Below are positions 6,026-13,122 of a DNA stretch of 15,693 nt, piece after piece. Source of the DNA: a virus. Every line of letters starts with the position of its first letter. Within the stretch, counting starts at the first letter, position 1. Below the pieces are notes generated by a model. That model did not search any database and was not told the DNA's origin. It was given only the letters and a program-made list of their open reading frames with translations. The translations under genes were made by a program, and so were the position numbers. The DNA lies in IMG/VR virus record IMGVR_UViG_3300027710_000007, positions 1 through 15,693 of that record. One strand, given 5' to 3'.

Positions 6026-7917
6026 TCGCTAACCACCAATGATCTCAATGAGCCTCTATTGATAGCATCTTGCAGAAGTTGATCGATTAACTCCGCAGCG
6101 GAGTTAGGATCTCCCACGACACCAAAATTGTTTGTGATGTAATACTGTGCAGCAGCTTGAGCTGCGTATCGATTGCCTGACTGAATTTGCCCTGCTGTTG
6201 CTAGGGGTACAGATGAGGACATGTTGGACTTGCTTGATGATGGTGATAAACCTAATTTTCTAATATATTCATCAAGTGCTAATTGGTCATAGTCATTTTG
6301 TTGCTCCAGCAATAAAGCAAAAGCATTGGCGCGACCAGTTGCAGCGTCAGCGTATTCAAGAATTGCACCGATTGAGCCGCCCTTTGTATCAATAGGCTTT
6401 ATGTAATCACCTTCAGGAATTCCAGGGCCTAAATCATTATTCTTAGGGATCTTGAAATAAGCCTTGCCACCGCCTGCTGGTGCTCCAGAGGTAACTCCAG
6501 ATAGCAATGTAAGCATCTCTTTGATTTTGCGTAGAGCTTCGTCAAGATTTTCTTGATTGATTAAATCTTTTGGCACTAGACTTTCAAGGATTGATTTGAT
6601 GTCTTGAAGTTTGACATTCTGCATGCCAAGTGCGCCAAGGACTTTAAGGTCTGCATTAAGTTTGTTAGTAGCAGCAATGATGGCTGCTTCATCCTTAGCA
6701 GCAATAGCATCTTCTAAAGCAAGGATTGAACGCTTGACATTCAGGCGAGCCGTGTCATTAGCAATCTGCAAGACCTGAGCTGCGCTAGTTGCCTTGCCTA
6801 ATTGTTCTGCTTGGTTAGTAAGAGCTGCTGCAATCTGGATCTTGTCCATGTCAAAGACATCGCTGCCCTTGCCAAGAGCAAGGTTAGCCTTATCAATTGC
6901 AGCTTGAAGTTTCTTATCCTTAAGGATCTTGGCTTGGCTAATTGCTTGCTGTTCAATTAACTTGGCAATAGCCTTTTCTTGCTTGATCTGAACTTGACCT
7001 GAGATAGTCATTGGAGTAGTAAAAGGCTTAGGCTTTTTCTTAAAGAAACCAGATGGATCGCCTTCGATGATGAAATCGACAAAAGGATCAGTTTTTATAA
7101 TAAAGTCTGCAAGGCTTCCAGATACAGCCATAAGTGGAGCGTTGAGTGTTCTAACAACTTGGCTAAGTGTTGCCAACAGTGCCGCTGCATTCGTTGCAGC
7201 CGTTTCCATGTCTGTTGCTAATTCATCGACTGAGGTGTTGCCACTTAGGATGATAAGAGAATCGATGATGCCCTTACCCAAGATCTCTTGGACATTGGCA
7301 GATGCCACTTCAAGTTTAGCCATCTGACCTGCAAGGCTGTTGGCTGATTCTGTAGCTGCTCCTGCAAAAGTCTTAGCAAGTTCATCTGTGACTTCTAAAA
7401 ATGACTTAGTCTTAAGATCAGCTTTGGAGATACCCACACCCAGTTTAGACAATGATGTGTTATTGCCAAGATAAGCCTTACTCAATGCAGCTGTGACTGA
7501 TCCTAGATCCTTGCCAGTTGAGGCGCTGATGTCTAATGCAAGATTAAGCAGTCTTTGTGACTCGGCAGAATCCCGTGTTGCTACCGCTAGAGTCTGATAC
7601 GCAGGGCGGAGAAGATCATCGACAATGCCAAACTCGCTTTGTAACTTCTGGATGTACGCCTCGGATGCTGCTGCATCTCTACCAAGTCCAACATTTTTAA
7701 GAGCTAAGGCAAGCTGCTTCTGGGCTTTCTCATCGGCTACTGCTGCTTTGACTGCAGCCTTACCATAAGCAAGGACTGCTGTGGCACTAAGTCCAAGTCC
7801 GAAAGCTGCTGCAAGTTTCTTGGCTTGCTTGCCTAATTTGTCGGTTGCTGATTCGGCTTGCTTGAATGCTTTATTACCAGTGAACTCCGCTGCAATGTCA
7901 ATGACTATGTTAGACAT
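6022..7917 (-). CDS. Tape measure protein
   Basis: 631 aa, the longest ORF. It is Ala/Leu/Lys-rich and helical, with hydrophobic Gly/Ala stretches near the N-terminus. It has the canonical position after the tail assembly chaperones. Confidence 0.85.
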   Translation of the reverse strand: MSNIVIDIAAEFTGNKAFKQAESATDKLGKQAKKLAAAFGLGLSATAVLAYGKAAVKAAVADEKAQKQLALALKNVGLGRDAAASEAYIQKLQSEFGIVDDLLRPAYQTLAVATRDSAESQRLLNLALDISASTGKDLGSVTAALSKAYLGNNTSLSKLGVGISKADLKTKSFLEVTDELAKTFAGAATESANSLAGQMAKLEVASANVQEILGKGIIDSLIILSGNTSVDELATDMETAATNAAALLATLSQVVRTLNAPLMAVSGSLADFIIKTDPFVDFIIEGDPSGFFKKKPKPFTTPMTISGQVQIKQEKAIAKLIEQQAISQAKILKDKKLQAAIDKANLALGKGSDVFDMDKIQIAAALTNQAEQLGKATSAAQVLQIANDTARLNVKRSILALEDAIAAKDEAAIIAATNKLNADLKVLGALGMQNVKLQDIKSILESLVPKDLINQENLDEALRKIKEMLTLLSGVTSGAPAGGGKAYFKIPKNNDLGPGIPEGDYIKPIDTKGGSIGAILEYADAATGRANAFALLLEQQNDYDQLALDEYIRKLGLSPSSSKSNMSSSVPLATAGQIQSGNRYAAQAAAQYYITNNFGVVGDPNSAAELIDQLLQDAINRGSLRSLVVSE

Positions 7918-7920
7918 GAG

Positions 7921-8445
7921 TTACACCTTCGCTCTTGCGTTGAGTTTGTCTGCTGCCGATTTGATAGCGTTTAGGACTGCATCTCTTGCCTTGCCATTGT
8001 TTTCTTCATAGGCACGGAATAAGGCTCGACCTTCCATCTTGCCAGCACCCTTCATGGATGAGCCGTACTTACTACTCTGATTCTGTACAAAGCGACTGCT
8101 CGGGGTCTTACGCCCCATAGTTTCGTAAATTGCTCCAGCAGCAGTCTTATTGAATACGCGAGCAAGGGATCTAAAGCCTCTGCGATTAGGTTTAGAAGGT
8201 GATGTCTTATATCCAACGCCAGCCTTAACTATGCGAGCATTGTAACTAGGGAATCGAGCTTGAGAGTTTTCTCTGGCTAACCATCCGCTTAGGACTTGAC
8301 CATCATCTGGGAAGTATCCCTTAGCAGTTTTAGTAATAGGCTTAAGAGCTCCAGCAACTTCCTTCTGAGTTTCTTTGGCAAGATCTGGAGCAAAAGCGCG
8401 AAGTGCCTTGCGAAGTTTAACGCCGCCCTTTACGCTTGCTGGCAT
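7921..8445 (-). CDS. Basic 174-aa protein of unknown role, inserted between the chaperone and the tape measure; weak resemblance to HK97 gp10-like tail-component N-termini
   Basis: Good RBS (GAGG, 6-nt spacer). The N-terminus SVKGGVKLRKALRAFAPDLAKETQKEVAGALKPITKTAKGYFP resembles the start of gp10-family proteins. The protein is very rich in Lys/Arg. Confidence 0.5.
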   Translation of the reverse strand: MPASVKGGVKLRKALRAFAPDLAKETQKEVAGALKPITKTAKGYFPDDGQVLSGWLARENSQARFPSYNARIVKAGVGYKTSPSKPNRRGFRSLARVFNKTAAGAIYETMGRKTPSSRFVQNQSSKYGSSMKGAGKMEGRALFRAYEENNGKARDAVLNAIKSAADKLNARAKV

Positions 8446-8844
8446 CGCTCACCTCTTTCGCTTCATCCTTGAGCCCCTGCACTAATGCATCGAGCATGGT
8501 CTTATCTAAATCTAATAACTGCTGTGGCGAGATCCCTAACCTAATGCTCAATCGAGCGATTAAGTAGGTGAACGGGAGATCTCGCTTTAAGCTAAAGGGT
8601 CTGAATCAAGCACCTCGACACTTTTAAGTGTCTCAATGAAATCCATACCAAAAGGCTTAACAGTTTCACCTGACCTGCGTGTTACTTCCCATGCTAACCA
8701 ATAGACATCACTCTGCTTTTCTTCATCGCGGAACGCCTTATGGAAGCCCTTTTTAGCGTACTGCTCGAATGAGTACTCCACTGCTGGAGTGATCTCGCCT
8801 TCTAGTACGCTTCCATCTGTACGAACTATCTTTAGTTTTGCCAT
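8417..8844 (-). CDS. Tail assembly chaperone, -1 frameshifted long (GT-like) product, about 142 aa
   Basis: After a slip at CCCTTTA (8599-8593), the -1 frame stays open for 60 codons: PFSLKRDLPFTYLIARLSIRLGISPQQLLDLDKTMLDALVQGLKDEAKEVSDASKRKGRR, stop TAA at 8419-8417. It covers exactly the 141-nt stretch that has no zero-frame ORF. Confidence 0.65.
8587..8844 (-). CDS. Tail assembly chaperone, short (G-like) product
   Basis: 85-aa ORF directly after the major tail protein, with an AAAGGGG RBS. It ends with the slippery heptamer 2 codons before its stop. Confidence 0.75.
   Translation of the reverse strand: MAKLKIVRTDGSVLEGEITPAVEYSFEQYAKKGFHKAFRDEEKQSDVYWLAWEVTRRSGETVKPFGMDFIETLKSVEVLDSDPLA
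8593..8599 (-). other. Programmed -1 ribosomal frameshift site, slippery heptamer C CCT TTA
   Basis: The zero-frame codons are gaC CCT TTA GCT TAA, an X XXY YYZ pattern in the correct register. It lies 2 codons before the stop. Confidence 0.65.
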
Positions 8845-8868
8845 GAGTTTGCCCCTTTGTTTAGTTTC

Positions 8869-9288
8869 TTAGAATGTGCCTGTAGTGGCTACTGCAACTG
8901 TTGAGTTAGCAGTAAATGTGATTGACTGAGTAGCCATGTCTCCAACAGCACCATTGATGTCTGTTGTGTTATTGACTAGCAATGACACTGTGTAAAGAGG
9001 GTTAGTAGCAGATACTGCTGTTCCCTTTTCCTGTAGGAATACACATGTGACTGTTGTACCCCATGCAGCTTGTAGTGTTGCCAATACATTCGCTGATGCT
9101 GTGTCGTTTAGGAAGTCGATTGTTACAGATGATGCTTCCAAGCCCTTAACGAACTTATGAGATGAGTCACCCATCGCAGTGACCTCAAGTTCGTCAAATG
9201 TTCTGTTCAAAGTAATACTTGTTACATGGTCAGAAAGATCAACAGTGTTAATCTTCACGCCTACTTTATTGTTTAGAAATACAGCCAT
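8869..9288 (-). CDS. Major tail (tube) protein
   Basis: 139 aa. It lies immediately upstream of the chaperone pair. It is beta-rich and Thr/Val/Ser-rich, with DLSDHVTSITLNRTFDELEVTAMGDSS typical of siphovirus tube proteins. RBS AGGA with an 8-nt spacer. Confidence 0.65.
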   Translation of the reverse strand: MAVFLNNKVGVKINTVDLSDHVTSITLNRTFDELEVTAMGDSSHKFVKGLEASSVTIDFLNDTASANVLATLQAAWGTTVTCVFLQEKGTAVSATNPLYTVSLLVNNTTDINGAVGDMATQSITFTANSTVAVATTGTF

Positions 9289-9292
9289 GAGA

Positions 9293-9394
9293 TTATTCCT
9301 CGTCTTTCTTAGTAGTTACTGGCTTTGGTGCTGGGGTGCTTACTTGCCCGATTTTCTTCAGGAAGTCAGCGTTTTCTTGTTCCCACTCGGACAT
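9293..9394 (-). CDS. Micro-ORF, 33-aa hydrophilic peptide (MSEWEQENADFLKKIGQVSTPAPKPVTTKKDEE)
   Basis: ATG at 9394-9392 preceded by GGAG with a 6-nt spacer. Stop TAA at 9295-9293. Its 3' end supplies the RBS of the major tail gene. Confidence 0.4.
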   Translation of the reverse strand: MSEWEQENADFLKKIGQVSTPAPKPVTTKKDEE

Positions 9395-9396
9395 GT

Positions 9397-9789
9397 TTAG
9401 CTCCAACTCGTTAGGATTGATACGGACATCTCGCAGCTGAGAAGGTCTCCCGATGCAGCGTTGAGAATACTAGGTGCGCTTATCGCACTTACATTATAGA
9501 CCAGAGAAGATGCTGCGAGCTTAGCGAACACGCTACAAACAGTATCCTCGATCCCGTTAAGGTTTCCTTCATTGTCAAACAATGGAACAGTCATAACAAT
9601 CTTAAAGTTAGCCATTGGGCTAATTGTGATGTGCTGATTGTTGCTAGGTGTTAAATAAGGATCATCTGGAGACACGATCACAGAGTTAGCAAGGACTGTC
9701 GCAGGTGGGAAAGCAAAAGTCTGCCACTTAGCGTTATCGACTAGGGCAGTGGCTAAAGTGGTTCGAAGTGTGGTGATAGCAACTGGCAT
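9397..9789 (-). CDS. Neck protein (tail terminator / head-tail joining, DUF3168-like candidate)
   Basis: 130 aa between the adaptor and the major tail protein. The N-terminal TLRTTLATALVDNAKWQTFAFPPATVLANSVIVSPDDP resembles tail-completion/terminator families. The call is mostly positional. Confidence 0.5.
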   Translation of the reverse strand: MPVAITTLRTTLATALVDNAKWQTFAFPPATVLANSVIVSPDDPYLTPSNNQHITISPMANFKIVMTVPLFDNEGNLNGIEDTVCSVFAKLAASSLVYNVSAISAPSILNAASGDLLSCEMSVSILTSWS

Positions 9790-10358
9790 TAGCCCACCAT
9801 CGAGCGTGGATCTAGCGCGTGTGCTATCAATCCTCTTACCTTAGCGAGTAGCTGTGCGCTCATTCGATAAGGTGAGGGCTGGAAATCGACTGCATTAGAT
9901 CCGCTGAGAGTAGCGGTTCTTGCTTGCCAGATTTCAACAGCGATCATCAAAGCTGCGTTTTGCACTGCTGTATCTGTTGTCCAGTCTGTGTAAGTTGTTG
10001 TGGATACAGATCCATAAGGAAAGATTGGGTGGTAAGCCTGAGCGACAGTGTGATTTGTTGCTACGCTGATTGAATACTCGCCTACTGCTGTGATGGTCTT
10101 GGTGCCATTATAGGAAGCACCTGAGTTAGCAATTGTTACGCTTTGTCCAACATAAAAAGTATCTAGAATGTTATCGTTAAAGTATAAAGTACCTGTGCCT
10201 ACAACATTGCCATGAGCAACGGAGAACCATTTAGGTGCCCAAAGCATTGGAAGTAGGACTGCATCGGATGCGTCACATACTTCTTGAAGGGTGGCATCTG
10301 GATACAAAGTACCGACTCCAAGAGTGCTACGGAGTTCTGCGACTGTCGTAAGTGCCAT
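9789..10358 (-). CDS. Head-tail adaptor (gp6-like connector) with an internal insertion
   Basis: This is the ORF-track entry 9789..10364. The preferred start is the ATG at 10358, because AGGA is 6 nt upstream of it but abuts the ATG at 10364. LTTVAELRSTLGV...DATLQEVCDASDAVLLPML and the C-terminal AALMIAVEIWQAR... fit gp6-like adaptors. At about 190 aa it is some 80 aa longer than usual. Confidence 0.6.
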   Translation of the reverse strand: MALTTVAELRSTLGVGTLYPDATLQEVCDASDAVLLPMLWAPKWFSVAHGNVVGTGTLYFNDNILDTFYVGQSVTIANSGASYNGTKTITAVGEYSISVATNHTVAQAYHPIFPYGSVSTTTYTDWTTDTAVQNAALMIAVEIWQARTATLSGSNAVDFQPSPYRMSAQLLAKVRGLIAHALDPRSMVG

Positions 10359-10377
10359 TCCCATTCCTTTCTAAAGA

Positions 10378-10410
10378 CTCTGGGGAGTAGAGGGCTACTA
10401 CTCCCCAGAG
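10378..10410 (-). terminator. Hairpin (13-bp stem, 7-nt loop) after the capsid gene: intrinsic terminator/attenuator or mRNA-stabilising element
   Basis: ctctggggagtag (10378-10390) is the reverse complement of ctactccccagag (10398-10410). On the minus-strand RNA the hairpin is followed by UCUUUAG, a short U-tract. It lies in the 64-nt gap after the capsid stop. Confidence 0.5.
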
Positions 10411-10428
10411 CGACTTAGTGTGTGCTAA

Positions 10429-11973
10429 TTAAGCAACATTCAGCTTACGGAACGCTGCTGGGTAGCGATTAACTACTGCAACATAGCCGTAGATACCAAT
10501 CTCAAGCTGTCCGTTAGCAACAACATTTGCACGAATCTGAAGCGTTCCGCTTTCGTGGAATCGCATTGCCATTGTTGGATAAACAAGTGCATGTTTAGCA
10601 TTGCCATTGTCACCTGTGTAGTTTGCATCAACTACCAAGTTAAGTCCTGCTACGGAGCCATTTGTTGAACCTTGTGTAATAAGACCAGCGGCATTTTGTG
10701 GAGCTGCTGCTGCGAATAGTGGTCGGTTAGAACCATCTACAGCACCGAGCAATCCTGCGAAATCAATACCATCTTCTCCACCTGTTGTTGCAACCAATAG
10801 GTTGTTAGGTGTCTGGCGCATTACTCCATAAGAATCTGAGATACCTAGAGCAATAGCCTTGTAAATTGTTGATGAAGATGATCCTGCTGCTGCTTCTGCT
10901 GCGATTTGTGCTGCGTAAGCATCTGTCTTCTGTGCGTATGATGCAGCCAATTCGCGTAGATAGAGATCCAAGAAACTTGGGTCTGAACGATCAACAAGTT
11001 CAAGATCGAGCTTTCCAGCTCCAGCGAACTTCACAACTGTGTCTTCTTGGAAGGTTACTGTTGTGTCTGTTGATGAGAATTCTGCGCCTTCAGCAGTTAA
11101 TGCAACTGTTGCCTGTGTTCCCAACTTTGGAGTAAAAATCTTCATTCCAGAAGCCGGAAGAGCCGCTCTCTCGATGCTATCGATGAAAGGGCGTGATGAA
11201 TCGATGATACCAATTACATCCTTTAGGTATGTTGGTGGAACCATACCTGTGTTCTCTGCAACTGTTGCAACCTGTAGCGCTGCTACTAGGTCGCGTGCGT
11301 CTGCATCTCCGCGTGCTGCATTGATCTGTGCCTTAGCGTATTCGCCTGCTGTGACATTTAGGTTAAGGCGTGGGTTTGTGTAGTACATTGCTGTAACTGT
11401 AGGACGAGCAGCTTCAACTGCTGCTGCCTCTACTGGTGCTGCAACTGTCTCTGGAGTATTCTCCACAGCTGTCTCGCTTTCTGTTTGTGGGTTTTCTTCA
11501 ACAGGGATAACTTCCTCTGCTGCGATCTCTAGTATTTCTGAACTTGCAAAAGCAGGAACAGTTACTAAAGAAACTTCTTTTAGTCGGGCTGATGAAACAA
11601 CTGTGTGTCCATCCTTTGATGGCTTTGATGCAAGAATTTCTGCGCCAATGCTAAGTCCTGTAACAAGCCCTTCTTGAGCCATGATAAGAGCATCGTTACC
11701 ACCGCTAGAGCGACTTAACTTAAATGTTGCATAGATACCATCTGCGCGAGTCTCAGCAGCGGTCATGCGACCAATTGGCTTCTTTAGATCATGCTGTGAT
11801 AGCAACTTAATTTTTGATGGATCAGCAATCTCGATTGAATTAGCTGCAAAAGTATAAGCACCAAGATTGGTGTGCCCAATTTCTCCAGTACCTAGAGGTA
11901 CAATCTTGCCTGAGATTTCTCTGCGTTCTTCTGAACATTCGATTGATGATGCTTCAATGTATAAGGTTTCCAT
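10429..11973 (-). CDS. Fused HK97-type prohead protease (S78/U35) and HK97-fold major capsid protein
   Basis: 514 aa. Residues ~1-160 carry protease signatures: REISGKIVPLG, LLSQHDLKKPIGRM, LVTGLSIGAE, LKEVSLVTVPAFASS. An acidic Pro/Glu/Ala linker follows (EEVIPVEENPQTESETAVENTPETVAAPVEAAAVEAA). From about residue 196 there is a capsid-like domain (PPTYLKDVIGIIDSSRPFIDSI..., LDLELVDRSDPSFLDLYLRELA...). Confidence 0.85.
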   Translation of the reverse strand: METLYIEASSIECSEERREISGKIVPLGTGEIGHTNLGAYTFAANSIEIADPSKIKLLSQHDLKKPIGRMTAAETRADGIYATFKLSRSSGGNDALIMAQEGLVTGLSIGAEILASKPSKDGHTVVSSARLKEVSLVTVPAFASSEILEIAAEEVIPVEENPQTESETAVENTPETVAAPVEAAAVEAARPTVTAMYYTNPRLNLNVTAGEYAKAQINAARGDADARDLVAALQVATVAENTGMVPPTYLKDVIGIIDSSRPFIDSIERAALPASGMKIFTPKLGTQATVALTAEGAEFSSTDTTVTFQEDTVVKFAGAGKLDLELVDRSDPSFLDLYLRELAASYAQKTDAYAAQIAAEAAAGSSSSTIYKAIALGISDSYGVMRQTPNNLLVATTGGEDGIDFAGLLGAVDGSNRPLFAAAAPQNAAGLITQGSTNGSVAGLNLVVDANYTGDNGNAKHALVYPTMAMRFHESGTLQIRANVVANGQLEIGIYGYVAVVNRYPAAFRKLNVA

Positions 11974-13088
11974 TAGCTGCCATTCCCGTTAGGTGATAGG
12001 TCTTCCATTTGCATTGCTTGTTCTGTTGTAATTAAACCTAGTGCCAGCATCTTTTCTAGCACTAGCAATCTTTCCATTGGCTCTGTGCGTAGGAATGTGT
12101 CATCTAAGCAAAACTTTACATAATGTCCGGCAGTGCTTACATCATCCATGCTAAGTCTTGATTCAATGGCTGAAACATAAGGTTGCAGTGTAAAAGCAAC
12201 CATCTGCTTGCGTTCATCTTGCACATTGGCGTAAGTCATTGTTGTATTCATTGAAGCAGAAACATAATACGGATCTACAGAACACAATCTGGCACATTCT
12301 GTTGCTAATCCTTGAATCGCATCCTGGTAAGCCATGTCTTTAGGACTAAAGCCAGTAGTTTGATAATCTAGAGTAGAAGTTAGATATGCAGTGCCATTGT
12401 TTTGTCTAGCGCGCTTCCACGCAGCTAATAATCCTGAAACTTCAGCAGGTGGAAGGTCGGCACCAGAATTTTTTAGAAAGCCAGTCGCGGATGGAGTTTC
12501 TAATGCAATGCTTGCAGCCTTCTGTGCATCTAGTGCTGCCTTAATTGTGCTACCACCAGATGCAAGGATGCCCTCATCTTTTTGGAAAGTAATCAGAGAT
12601 CCAAGACCCGACATAGGCAAGGGAACACCATCTAGATAATACTGTGTCACAAAATTATTGACTGAGTCTGTATTAAATGTAACGCGATTGTTAGCAACCC
12701 AGTTAGCGTTTGCCATTCTGTTATCTTCGAGATAAGTCTCTGTAATCTGCCAGTAGCTGACCCCATACATAAGCAATGAATCTAAAGTAAAGTAAAGAGT
12801 CTCAAATCTTGGCTGAGCTTTAGAAGGTTGCTCAATCCATCGAGGCGGAGCGATCATCTCGCCTGTAGATTTCTTGTAATACTCTAAAGGGATACTTGCG
12901 ATAGTGCCACAAATAAGATCGCGGCATCTTTTGATCGATGGTACTTGTAGAGCTTGTGCTCGAGTAACCATGACTGGAAAGTAATTTCCATAAGTCAGAT
13001 AAGAATCTGACATAATTTGTGGAGCTTCTTGAGCTTCCATAATTTGAGGCTTACGCGAGAAGATACCCATAGACAGAAATTGTAGCAT
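11973..13088 (-). CDS. Portal protein (HK97-family)
   Basis: 371 aa between the terminase and the capsid gene. SIKRCRDLICGTIASIPLEYYKK matches the conserved N-terminal portal motif. No RBS is visible at 13088, so the start is uncertain. Confidence 0.85.
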   Translation of the reverse strand: MLQFLSMGIFSRKPQIMEAQEAPQIMSDSYLTYGNYFPVMVTRAQALQVPSIKRCRDLICGTIASIPLEYYKKSTGEMIAPPRWIEQPSKAQPRFETLYFTLDSLLMYGVSYWQITETYLEDNRMANANWVANNRVTFNTDSVNNFVTQYYLDGVPLPMSGLGSLITFQKDEGILASGGSTIKAALDAQKAASIALETPSATGFLKNSGADLPPAEVSGLLAAWKRARQNNGTAYLTSTLDYQTTGFSPKDMAYQDAIQGLATECARLCSVDPYYVSASMNTTMTYANVQDERKQMVAFTLQPYVSAIESRLSMDDVSTAGHYVKFCLDDTFLRTEPMERLLVLEKMLALGLITTEQAMQMEDLSPNGNGS

Positions 13089-13122
13089 TTGTCAAGCAAT
13101 TAGACAATGTGCTAGGGCGTGT

